Below, piece after piece: positions 24,362-37,137 of a stretch of DNA of 64,000 bases. The position numbers and the translations under genes were made by a program. This DNA comes from Rhizophagus irregularis. Its lineage: Eukaryota. The notes beneath the pieces are model-generated. The model had not been told where the DNA came from. It was given only the letters and a program-made list of their open reading frames with translations, and made no database searches. The stretch spans positions 2,542,001 through 2,606,000 of the forward strand of contig NC_089432.1 in the NCBI RefSeq assembly GCF_026210795.1, written 5' to 3'. The first letter of the stretch is position 1. Each line of letters opens with the position of its first letter.

Positions 24362-27300
24362 TTAAACAAGAAAAATTTTATACAGTAAGTACACTTTAAT
24401 TAATTAGAATTTACGAATATTTTTTTTTTTTTAAAAAAAAATATATTACACACTGTATGTAATTTTAAATTATCAAAATAGTAAATCATTCTATAAATTT
24501 ATTTTCATAAGTTTATATATGAGAATATTACAAGTGATTAATTATCAAAAACCAAATTGGCAAAGCTTATATTGTGTTTTGGAATTTTTTTTTAAAGTTA
24601 GAATCTTCTTAATTTATTACAATATAATAATTTTCCCTATCCGGATTTAATGCATGATTTTCGCTCCCCAGTTTTTTAATCTTATTATTTTGGATAATAA
24701 GATTATTCGTAATTTTTCCGTAAAAGTGTGTCATAATAATCAAATTTATTTTAAACTTAGCAGTGACGGCAAAATCCAAAAAAAATGATATGATTATATC
24801 TACTAAAATGTGTTTAGTTTTGTTTGTAAAAATAGACGTTGCTAAAAAAAAGCAATCGAATCCCAACTTTAGATATATTTTATATATTTGTATGTTCTTT
24901 ATCATATAATTAATAAAATATCTCATTTTACAAAAAAAAAAGCAATCGAATCGGCAAAAAATCACGTGATTATTGGATTTCATATGTGATTAAAGGTCGC
25001 GTGAATAAAAATTTACGATTGATTCTAAAAGTATTAACACGTCATTAATTAGAGTTTATCAGTAAATAATATAAAATATTTAAAGGGGCCAAATCTATTG
25101 TTTCAAGTTGTAAAGAGAAATTCACTGTATTTAGCAACGTAAATGTTATTATCATAAGTCCAAGAGTTTAAATTTAAAAACTTGCAATAAATAAATAATG
25201 ATTTTGTTGTTATTTAGCAAAAAAAAAAAATTAAATATTAATATATAATTCTAAAATTTCAATATTAAAGATTAGACTTCTTTTTCTAAAAAGTAAATTC
25301 ATTCCTGAAATTTCAATGGAAAGTAATATTAATTGTTAATACTTTAAAATTATGACATATGCTAATACTGAAATTTTACCAAAATTAGTACTTTTTGCTA
25401 TTTTGTGGCTAATAAAGAATCAAATTAAAAATTAATATATTCATATAAATCACATTTTAATTAATTGAAAATTATATTTGGAAATTTCACCGGAAATTAT
25501 TTATATGGCAAGGACTTTTATCAAAATTCGGGTAAAAAATTCCTTGATATTATATTAATTGAGGTTGCTAGTTGTTATATACTAAATTGTTAAAGAGAAT
25601 TTTACATGATTTACTTTTTATATAAACTCTTCCGACGCAAAAGTGTGATTAAACTTGACTCTTATATTTAATTTAATATATGCGGGTCAAAACAATTCTG
25701 ACAGTTACAAATATTTGTTGGTAATCATACCATATTCATAAATAGAAGTGGTTTTTTTTACTTTGTAAAAATTAATTTCTGCCGTGGAAATTTTTTATTT
25801 AAAAATGTCTATTAATCTCATGAACGATTTCTTTTATAACAGCGTTGTCAGGTTTGAGCAATTTTAATATAAATTATTGTTCTGAATTTTTTGATTTACC
25901 GAATAACCGTTACCAATTTCATATTATTTCTAGTCCAATTACATGTTATCGTAACACTGTTTGAAATTAAACTGGCCAAAATTAAATTGGCAGTTTTTCG
26001 GGCCGGGCACTTTAGATGCGGGCTGGGCCAGTTGTGAAATAGAGTTCAAAGCAGCTCTAATTTATAGTTATTATGCTTATTTTTAATAAAGTATAATGCA
26101 AAAAAAATTTTTTAGTAGGAAGTAATTTTGCAAAAACAAAAATTCATAAGCAATTTTCCTTCTTCATAAAAACAACCAATTACTAATTAATATGAATGTG
26201 TAATAAATAGTTCTGAAGTTCTGGAATGACTAAATTTATTAGTTAAATTTAAAATTTGGCAAGTTAATCAGATATTAAATTTATTCTTAATTATATATAG
26301 TAAGATTTTATAAACTTTTTGAACGAACTGAATGAAATTATAAAATTAATTCTATCAACATTTGATTTTTAAAGAAATTACAAAGTATTGTTGCTAGGCG
26401 AACAAAGTTTATTACTATATTAATTTTAATTTCACATTACTTGATATAGTTACCTGATAAACCTTACATTTACTTTACCTTGTAGAAAATAATTGAAGTT
26501 CAAAACTTGGTTATCCTTTAACCTTTATTTACAGAATTTTTTAAAAAAAATCTTGCTAATATAACAAAATTAGTTAATAAATATAAGAATATGTATTGCA
26601 TCAACATCTATAGAGCAAATATAAAATGTAATATAAATTTTATAAAGGATAAATTAGTAACATAAAGCTTATATGTCTTATTATACAAAGTAAAATATTA
26701 GCTTAGCAATATAATAATAATGGGTTAATTATTATTGTTTAACTAAATTCTTGTCATAAGTAAAGTGTTTGTAGTTATAAGCAACTATCAATTATAATGA
26801 AAAATTTTTATTTAATATACTAAAACAAATTTAAAATAACTATTATAGTTATAGATATGTTATTGATTTATTTTACATAAATTGTTCTTTTTAAGTTTTT
26901 CCAACTTATATTGGGCATCTTGATCTCCTTGTTCAGCAGATTTTTCGTACCAATAAATTGCTTTATCTATATTTTTAACAATTCCCTTTCCATATTCATA
27001 CATCATAGCAAGATTATATTGTGCTGACTCATGTCCTAAATCTGCAGCCTTTTGATATAATTCAAATGCTTTTTTCATATCAATATCAGTTCCAATTCCT
27101 TTATTATAACAAATTCCTAAACCATATATTGCATCAACATTTCCCAAATCTGCTGCCTTCTGACATAATTCAAATGCTTTTTTCTTATCAATATTAGTTC
27201 CAATTCCATATGCATAACAATATCCTAAATTATTCATTCCAGTTGCATTTCCTAAATCTGCAGCCTTTTGATATAATTCAAATGCTTTTTTCTTATCAAT

Positions 27301-27650
27301 ATCAGTTCCAATTCCTTTACTATAACAAAGTCCTAAATTATATATTGCATTAACATTTCCCAAATCTGCAGCCTTTTGATATAATTCAAATGCTTTTTTC
27401 TTATCAATATCAGTTCCAATTCCATTTTCATAACAATTTCCTAAATCATTTATTCCAGTTGAATTTCCTAAATCTGCAGCCTTTTGATATAATTCAAATG
27501 CTTTCTTCTTATCAATATCAATTCCAATTCTATTTTCATAACAACTTCCTAAATTATACATTGCTGATGAATTTTCTAATTCTGCTGCTTTTTGATATAA
27601 TCCAAATGCTTTTTTCTTATCAATGTCAGTTCCATTTCCAAAATCATAAC

Positions 27651-28826
27651 TAGAGCTCCGCACGGGTCGGGTCGGGTCGGGTAATTTGTCTGACCCGAAC
27701 CGAAAATTTTTATCAGGTCGGGTCGGGTCGGGTAACCTGCTCTGACCCGACCTGACCCGTCTGACCTGAAAGTATTCAGGTCATTTTTCTATAAAATAAT
27801 ATGAAAAAACGCCGTTTTGGCGATTTTTTTCATAAAAGTGGAAAAAAATGCCGTTTCGGCATTTTTCCATTTAAATAATATGAAAAAACGCCGCTTTGGC
27901 GATTTTTTTCATAAAAGAAGTGAAAAAAAAATGCCGTTTTGGCATTTTTACATAAAATAATATGAAAAAACGCCGTTTTGGCGATTTTTTTCATAAAAGA
28001 AGTGAAAAAAAATGCCAAAACGGCATTTTTCCATAAAATAAATGAAAAAATGCCGCTTTGGCGATGTTTTCATAAAAGAAGTGAAAAAAATGCCGCTTTG
28101 GCGATTTTTTTCATAAAAGAAGTGGAAAAAAATGCCGTTTCGGCATTTTTCCATTAAATAATATGAAAAAACGCCGTTTTGGCGATTTTTTTCATAAAAG
28201 AAGTGGGAAAAAATGCCGTTTCGGCATTTTTCCATTAAATAATATGAAAAAACGCCGTTTTGGCGATTTTTTTCATAAAAGAAGTGGGAAAAAATGCCGT
28301 TTCGGCATTTTTCCATAAAATAATATGAAAAAAGCCGCTTTGGCGATTTTTTTCATAAAAGAAGTGAAAAAAAATGCCAAAACGGCATTTTTCCATAAAA
28401 TAATATGAAAAAACGCCGTTTTGGCGATTTTTTTTCATAAAAGAAGTGAAAAAAAATGCCGAAACGGCATTTTTCCATAAAATAATATGAAAAAACGCCA
28501 TTTTGGCGATTTTTTTCATAAAGAAGTGAAAAAAATGCCGAAACGGCATTTTTCCATAAAATAAAATGAAAAACGCCATTTCGGAGTATTTGTTTATAAA
28601 AAACAATGCCGAAACGGCGTTTTTTTCATAAGGTAACATGAAAAAACGCCGTTTCAGAGTATAAACATTTTTTTTGAGCTAAAGTATTCGGGTTAACAGG
28701 TCAATCGGGTCGGGTCAAACCTGTAACCCGACCTGATACCGGGTCACGAATTTGACAACCTGACCTGAATATTTCGGGTCAACCCGACGGGTCACCCGAA
28801 TTGACCCTTACCCGTGCGGAGCTCTA
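27651..28826. mobile_element. Non-autonomous hAT element with internal tandem hairpin array
   Basis: TIR TAGAGCTCCGCACGGGT / ACCCGTGCGGAGCTCTA; 8-bp TSD ATCATAAC (27643-27650, 28827-28834); GGGTC/GACCC subterminal motifs; absent from the paralog. Confidence 0.93.
27790..28660. repeat. ~81-bp tandem array (~10 units), each with two ~40-bp palindromic subunits
   Basis: Unit ~AAAATAATATGAAAAAACGCCGTTTTGGCGATTTTTTTCATAAAAGAAGTGAAAAAAAATGCCGTTTCGGCATTTTTCCAT. Confidence 0.93.
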
Positions 28827-31800
28827 ATCATAACAATGTCCTAAATTATTTATTCCTAATGAATTTCCTAAATCTGCTGCCTTTTGAAATAATTCAAATG
28901 CTTTTTTCTTATCAATATCAGTTCCAATTCCTTTTTCATAACAATGTCCTAAATTATTTATTCCAAATGAATTTCCTAAATCTGCTGCTTTTTGATATAA
29001 TTCAAATGCTTTTTTCTTATCAATATCAGTTCCATTTCCACAATCATAACAATATCCTAAATCATTTATTCCTAATACATTTCCTAAATCTGCTGCTTTT
29101 TGATAAAACTCAAATGCTTTTTGCTTATTAACACTAATCCCAATTCCTAATTCATTAAATTTTCCAAGTAAGTAAATAGAATTTGAGTTATTTTGATTAT
29201 TTAATAATAAATTATTAATCTCTTGCAAAGTTATATTTTGTTCATTAAGATAACTTAAGGTCTTTAGTTTTGCTACTTCATCATTATCATTAAAAAAATT
29301 GAACATATTATTAACTATTATATTAAAGTTATCCCAAATTGGTTACTTGATGACATTGAAGATTCTATTTCTTTTGTATTCATCATATTAAAATTTTGAA
29401 TAACTTGAGATAATTCTCCATGTAATGAATTAGTACTTTCAGAAATTTTAACATCTAAATCAGGTAGTTGATGGTTATTTGATGATTGGACAGTATTGTG
29501 ATCATCATATAAGTGAAAATCCTTTATATTTATATTTTCCTTTATTATAAGTACTTTTAATTCATCAACTACTTGGTTAATGGTTGGACGATTATCAGGT
29601 TCAATATTCCAACAATCTACAAAAAAGAACGTCTTTAATTAATTAAAATCAACATTGTTTGTAAGTCATAGTTAAATTGTATTTACCGGCATAAATTTTT
29701 ATATAATCTGTAGACGTATTGGGAATAGGTGTCTCTCTGAGGCCTTGTAGAATACTTAGAGCCAAGCCAACATCATACGGTATATTATGAAAAGGAGGCT
29801 GACCACTAGATATCTCCCATAGTAATACTCCAATGCTATAAACATCACTTTTTTTATTTAATAAATATAATTCTGTTGTACTTCTATTAAAGCTTTTTGG
29901 ATCAGCGTAAGGAATTAATCCAAATGTTTTCGATTGAGAGTTAGATGTTTCCTCAATTCTTTTTGATAAACCAAAATCTGCTAGCTTAATAGTATTCTGA
30001 TGGACTAACACATTATTGGAGTGCTATCAATATTAAATTAACGTTAAAATAAGAAAATCATTAAAATAAAACACATAGTAATAAATTGTAAAATATCTAC
30101 CAAATCACGGTGCACGATCCCTTTATCATGCAAACATGATACTGCATAAACCAATTGAAATGCGAGATTAAATTTATTGTCCCAAGTGAGATTTTCAAAA
30201 TTTTCTTTCAAATATTTTCGGAGGGTACCATTTTCTGCATATTCTATCACCAACGAATATTCTTTTTTTTGGTTTTCTTTTTAAAAAAAAACAAATTTTA
30301 TTGATCAATTAATTATTATATTTTATGAAATAAATAATATTAAGAATATATCATACCTTTAATAGAAGTTGTGACACCATAAAAACGAATAACATTATGA
30401 AAATCAACTTCACGTTGAAGTTGAATCTAGGTAATAAATAAATTATTACATCAAAAACTCAAATATTTATAATAATAATGAAAAATGTTTGACATTATAA
30501 TTACCTCACGAACTAATGCTTTGACTGTAGCATCATTAATATTAAAAAAAGATTTTATTGCATAACGCTTATGAGAATTCTTCCAATTAGCACGATAAAC
30601 TTTTCCAAAACCACCAGAACCAATTTCTTGAATATCATAAAATTGGTCATACTCATAATACTTAATAAGTTTTTTAGAAATCTCTTCTTCAATCCATTTA
30701 TTCCAATCATTTGAATTGCTAACAAGTTCAGGCTGTTCAGCGTTATTAGACATTGTTTGGTACGAAAAAAATTTTACTGCGGAATTTAAATTTATGCTTT
30801 TCGAAAATTGAAAAAAAAATATAAATATTTTTTTTTGTTTCAACTATTTATGTTTAGCTATTTATAAATAAATTTTTTTTTTTGTCTAACTATTTATAAA
30901 TATTTTTTTTTTTATTTATGAATGATTTTTAACTATTTATAAATAATTTTTTTTGTTTTACTATTTATAAATATGGTATCACTGAACGCCAAAGGCAACT
31001 GTCGATCATTTTACTTCTAATTTAAGTTAGATCATCAAACTTTGATGTTTTAACTTCTAATTTTTTAATTATCTGTGTGAAATAATTAATAAAATGAATT
31101 TTAATAATTTTATTTTAACTCTTCATTTAAATAATTTAATAAATATTTTAAAAATTCATTTTTTACTCCGCAAAAGTGTGCAAATTATGATAGAAACATT
31201 ATATTTCAACAACAATAAAATATTGTTTATCATATATTCATATTTGAAATTAAGGAATTATAATTAATATGACGAGGAAGCTCAAGATCTTTAAGCCACA
31301 ATGACTAATTGGAGTAATCAAAATAAAAGATCATATAACCTATAATTATATCAAATTACAATATTATCGATCTACAATCTTCATATAAATAAATTTTTTG
31401 TACGAAAGAGGTTAATTTTATTCCCACAAAAAAAGAATAACCATTAACGTGTTTAAAAAATCATAAATTATTGCCATCAGTATTTATATTTCTGATTAAT
31501 AATTTAACAATATTCTAAAAATTTTATTGTAACAAAAATTTCTTTATAAAATTTTAATCAAATAAAAATTCATTGTATCTCAGTCCTAATACAATAAAAG
31601 CAAATAATATTATTGTGAGGTTTAATCTAGATCCTAAAAAAAAAATTTTATTAAAAAAAATTTCTTTAGTGATGGATTTAATTTAAGGTAAAAGTACTCT
31701 CATATTCGTAATATTAGATTTTTGAAAGTTTCTCCATTTGTTTGAATTAATTATTTTTTTTAAACGGTGATTTGTTTGTTGATCACCGATATTATTATGC

Positions 31801-33189
31801 ATAATGATCAAATTCAAGAAAAAACAATATATAAAAATGAATACCTTTTGGCTATGTACCGCGTAATACTACTTTATAATAACGAATTAATTGATTATTT
31901 AAAATCATTAGGTAAATTTTTTCGAACGGAATGCGCTACCCATGTCTTCAAAACAGCCTTATCAATTTCATTTTGTTCATATATCATTGATAAAGGTTCA
32001 ATTGATTCATTGTAATCAGACTTCTTTAAACTAGAACTGTTTATATTATCTATTCTTTATAATTTCTAATCTTGTTTTCAAGTGATTCTTGCCAGTAGCA
32101 TTTAGTTCCAGAACAACCATTAGCAAGATATTATAGTGATATACGTCCATTTATCCTACGTACCCAATACTTTGGACAATAATTGCAGTTGCGATATCCA
32201 TCATGTACTGTATATCAGATCTATTATTAAAATTATTTATTTATGAGTCACAGTAAATCAAACTTTATGATATTAATAGTGCAGTAAATCTGTTTTGAAA
32301 ATATTATTAACATTTGCGTCTATTACACTACGTTTTGGATCGGTTCATATGATCGCCAATTCTCACTTCTACTTCTTAGAACATGGATTACTCAATGAAG
32401 CCTAAAATAGTCTTTTTTTGTGTACATGTTTCACGTTTTTCCGCATATCTCAAATTTCGAGCAAGAGGACATCATGAAAATTAATTAATGTAAATTATAA
32501 TTTAATTATAAAGAACCCTAATTGTCATAATTTTTTAAAAATTGTAACGAAAACAAAAGTATTGTAAAATTAAAAAAAATCGCTTTTTTTTAAAAAAAAA
32601 ATAATATTTCTACGGCATCCTATAAGTGAACAATTATCTGACTAGGTTGCACGGTTGAACAGCTTTACCATAATGACGAACACACTGTGTATATTAAATA
32701 TTACCAGTTTGCTAGTATTGTCCTACTATAAAATTATAGAGTACCGAATTTTTAATAGTAAGCCTATAATTTTTGACACATGATGTCATATTTTCGTAAA
32801 ACAGTTTGTGCTTAGATTTAACATTATTATTTTATAATTTTATAGACCAATTTATATTTAAAGACAATTATTTATCATATTTTGTGAATTTTCCACATTA
32901 AACAATAAAGTGAAATTCAAATAGTCTCGAAGAGTACTACAACAAATAATTTTTTGCTCGGCGTCTAACAAAAAAAAGAAGAAATATAGTCTTTGAAAAA
33001 AAAATTAGTATTATATTTTTATTTAATATTTATCAATACCTGACTAATTCCGTAATTCTAAATCTCGTTGAAAAGCTAAATTTATGAATGTATAATAAAA
33101 AATAATTTATTTTTGCGTATTTAAAGAATGTATAGTTCAATTTTTTAAATAAAAATTATTCATTAACAATTTCTTTTACAGTGATGATA

Positions 33190-33312
33190 TTAGTAAAATT
33201 AAAAAAGGATTTTTAACATTAATTAATGCTTCAAATTTTCTAATTTACATGGAAAACTTCACTTTTCCAAATGCTCCGGAACCAATTTCTTGAATATTTT
33301 TTAATTTCAAAT
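33190..33312 (-). pseudogene. Kinase exon-1 relic
   Basis: KNIQEIGSGAFGKV readable on the minus strand at ~33260-33300; degenerate on both sides. Confidence 0.6.
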
Positions 33313-34012
33313 TTAGTATATAAAAATGACGTCTGCTGATCATTTGACGATCATCTCCAAAAAAGGAACAACGTAATTTTTGACGAAAAAAAAAAATTTT
33401 TAAAATAAAACTTAATATAAGCTTCGTATAGCCTTCAAATTATAACTTTTAGGTAATTTTGACTGCTCTACAAATTTACTTAATATCTTAAGAAAGGTTA
33501 TAAATACCATTTTTGAAATTTATGACTTGGGGTGAGAAATATCGAATCTCACCCGGGGTGAAGAATAAATTCACCCTTAAATTTATTCTTAATCATATAT
33601 AATAAGATTTTATAAACTTTTTGAACGAATGAAATTATGAAATTAATTCAATCAACATTTGATTTTTAAAGAAATTATAAAGTATTGTTGCTAGGCGAAC
33701 AAAGTTTATTACTATATTGATTTTTATTACTTGATATACCTGATAAACCTTATATTTAGTACTTTACCTTGTGGGAAAATAATTGAAGTTCAAAACTTGG
33801 TTATCCTTTAACCTTTATTTATAGATTTTTTTTTAAAAAATCTTGCTAATATAAAAAAATTAACAAATATAAGAATATGCATAAACATCTAAAGAGCAAA
33901 TATGAAATGTAATATAAATTTTATAAAAGTTTATAAAGGGATAAATTAGTAAAATAAAGCTTTATATGTCTTACTACACAAAGTAAAACATTAGCTTAGC
34001 AATATAATAATA

Positions 34013-34186
34013 CAGTCAAAGTTCTCTATAACGAATCCCACGGGCCGGAGATTAAAATTCGTTATAGTAAGAAATTCGCTATACTAAAAGCCATTTTATT
34101 ATAAATACTAAGATCTGTACCTGAACTTTTCTTCATTATAGCAAATTATTCGCTATATAAAAATTCGCTATAGAGAACTTTGACTG
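34013..34186. mobile_element. Tc1/mariner (pogo-like) MITE, 174 bp
   Basis: 24-bp TIR CAGTCAAAGTTCTCTATA(A/G)CGAAT; TA TSD; empty site in copy A at ~26718. Confidence 0.93.
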
Positions 34187-34328
34187 TAATGGGTTAATTA
34201 TTGTTTAACTAAATTCTTGTCATAAGTAAAGTGTTTGTAATTATAAGCAACTATCAATTATAATGAAAAATTTTTATTTAATATACTAAAACAAATTTAA
34301 AATAATTATTATAGTTATAGATATGTTA

Positions 34329-37137
34329 TTAATTTATTTTACATAAATTGTTCTTTTTAAGTTTTTTCAACTTGTATTGAGCATCTTGATCTCCTTGTTC
34401 AGCAGATTTTTCGTACCAATAAATTGCTTTATCTATATTTTTAACAATTCCCTTTCCATATTCATACATCATAGCAAGATTATATTGTGCTGACTCATGT
34501 CCTAAATCTGCAGCCTTTTGGTATAATTCAAATGCTTTTTTCATATCAATATCAGTTCCAATTCCTTTATTATAACAAATTCCTAAACCATATATTGCAT
34601 CAACATTTTCCAAATCTGCTGCCTTCTGACATAATTCAAATGCTTTCTTCTTATCAATATTAGTTCCGATTCCATATGCATAACAATATCCTAAATTATT
34701 CATTCCAGTTACATTTCCTAAATCTGCAGCCTTTTGATATAATTCAAATGCTTTTTTCTTATCAATATCAGTTCCAATTCCTTTACTATAACAAAGTCCT
34801 AAATTATATATTGCATCAACATTTCCCAAATCTGCTGCCTTTTGATATAATTCAAGTGCTTTCTTCTTATCAATTTCAGTTCCAATTCCATTTTCATAAC
34901 AATTTCCTAAATCATTTATTCCAGTTGAATTTCCTAAATCTGCTGCTTTTTGATATAATTCAAATGCTTTCTTCTTATCAATATCAATTCCAATTCTATT
35001 TTCATAACAACTTCCTAAATTATATATTGCTGATGAATTTTCTAATTCTGCTGCCTTTTGATATAATTCAAATGCTTTCTTCTTATCAATATCAGTTCCA
35101 ATTCCATCATCATAACAATGTCCTAAATTATTTATTCCTAATGAATTTCCCAAATCTGCTGGCTTTTGATATAATTCAAATGCTTTTTTCTTATCAATAT
35201 CAGTTCCAATTCCTTTTTCATAAAAATGTCCTAAATTATTTATTCCAAATGAATTTCCTAAATCTGCTGCTTTTTGATATAATTCAAATGCCTTTTTCTT
35301 ATCAACATCAGTTCCAATTCCTTCTTCATAACAATCTCCTAAATTATATATTCCCATTGAATTTCCTAATTCTGCTAACTTTTGATATAATTCAAATGCC
35401 TTTTTCTTGTCAATATCAGTTCCAATTCCATTTTTATAACAATACCCTAAATCATTTATTCCAAATGGATTTCCTAAGTCTGCTGCCTTTTGATATAATT
35501 CAAATGCTTTATGCTCACTAACATTAACACCAATTCCTAAATCATTAAATTTTCCAAGTAAATAAATAGAATTTGAGTTATTTTGATTATTTAATAATAA
35601 ATTATTAATCTCTTGCAAAGTTATATTTTGTTCATTAAGATAATTTAAGACCTTTTGCTTTGCTACTTCATCATCATCATAAAAAAAATTGAACATATTA
35701 TTAACTATTATATCAAAGTTATCCTCAAATTTGTTAATTGATGATATTGAAGATTCAATATCTTTTGTAGTATTCATCATATTAAAATTTTGAATAACTT
35801 GAGATAATTCTCCATGTGATGAATTAGTACTTTCAGAAATATTTAAATTAGGCAGTTGATGGTCATTTAATGATTGGACATTATTGGTATCATTATACAA
35901 GTGAAAATCTTTTATAATTATGTTTTCTTTTGTTATGATCACTTTTAATTCATCAACAACTTGATTAATAGTTGGACGATTATCAGGTTCAATATTCCAA
36001 CAATCTACAAAAAAGAACGTCTTCAATTAATTAAAATCAACATTGTTTATAAGTCATAGTTAAATTGTATTTACCGGTATAAATTTTTATATAATCTATA
36101 GACGTATTTGGAAGAGATGTCTCTCTGAGGCCTTGTAGAATACTTAGAGCCAAACCATCATCACACGGTATACCATGAAAAGGAGGCTGACCACTAGATA
36201 TCTCCCATAGTAATACTCCAATGCTATAAACGTCACTTTTTTTATTTAATAAATATAATTCTGTTGTACTTCTATTAAAGCTTTTTGGATCAGCGTAAGG
36301 AATTAATCCAAATGTTTTCGATTGAGAGTTAGATGTTTCCTCAATTCTTTTTGATAAACCAAAATCTGCTAGCTTAATAGTATTCTGATGGACTAACACA
36401 TTATTGGAGTGCTATCAATATTAAATTAACGTTAAAATAAGAGAATCATTAAAATAAAACACATAATAGATTGTAAAATATCTACCAAATCACGGTGCAC
36501 GATCCCTTTATCATGCAAACATGATACTGCATAAACCAATTGAAATGCGAGATTAAATTTATTGTCCCAAGTGAGGTTTTCAAAATTTTCTTTCAAATAT
36601 TTTCGGAGGGTACCATTTTCTGCATATTCTATCACCAACGAGTATTCTTTTTTTTGGTTTTCTTTTTAAAAAAAAAAATTTTTTATTGATCAATTAATTA
36701 TTATATTTTATGAAATAAATAATATTAGAATATATCATACCTTTAAAAGAAGCTGTGACACCATAAAAACGAATAACATTATGAAAATCAACTTCACGTC
36801 GAAGTTGAATCTAGGTAATAAATAAATTATTACATCAAAAACTAAAATATTTATAATAATAATGAAAAATGTTTGACATTATAATTACCTCACGAACTAA
36901 TGCTTTGACTGTAGCATCATTAATATTAAAAAAAGATTTTATTGCATAACGCTTATGAGAATTCTTCCAATTAGCACGATAAACTTTTCCAAAACCACCA
37001 GAACCAATTTCTTGAATATCATAAAATTGGTCATACTCATAATACTTAATAAGTTTTTTAGAAATCTCTTCTTCAATCCATTTATTCCAATCATTTGAAT
37101 TGCTAACAAGTTCAGGCTGTTCAGCGTTATTAGACAT
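34329..37137 (-). CDS. Kinase-Sel1 protein K3 (5 exons, 11 Sel1 repeats), apparently intact
   Basis: Exons ~37137-36889, 36810-36741, 36661-36487, 36412-36076, 36005-34329; GSGGFGKV, AIK, HRDLHSNN, DFG, SDVYSIG; frame kept across GT-AG junctions. Confidence 0.9.

Larger units (their letters stand above)
26860..30753 (-). pseudogene. Kinase-Sel1 gene K2 (10 Sel1 repeats), disrupted by hAT insertion and a 1-bp deletion
   Basis: Near-identical to K3; element at 27651-28826 splits a Sel1 repeat (CYD|FGNG); ATCC-CAAAT at ~29335 versus ATCCTCAAAT in K3. Confidence 0.9.
26277..32747. repeat. Local duplication, copy A (paralogous to 33579-38958)
   Basis: Collinear near-identity from AAATTTATTCTTAAT to AGAGTACCGA, including gene, introns and both flanks. 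Confidence 0.92.

Noticed and set aside
25970..26032. Mini inverted repeat AACTGGCC...GGCCAGTT (similar small case at ~20226-20308)
   Set aside because: Too short, and no convincing TSD to call an element.
27830..28639. Track ORFs with repeated FFYEKNRQ peptides
   Set aside because: Chance frames across the tandem array.
27790..28660. CRISPR array
   Set aside because: No unique spacers, no cas genes, eukaryotic context; it is a tandem array inside a hAT element.
34676..35521. 281-aa plus-strand ORF (also 27390-27653, 28814-29131)
   Set aside because: Antisense shadows of the periodic Sel1 coding sequence.
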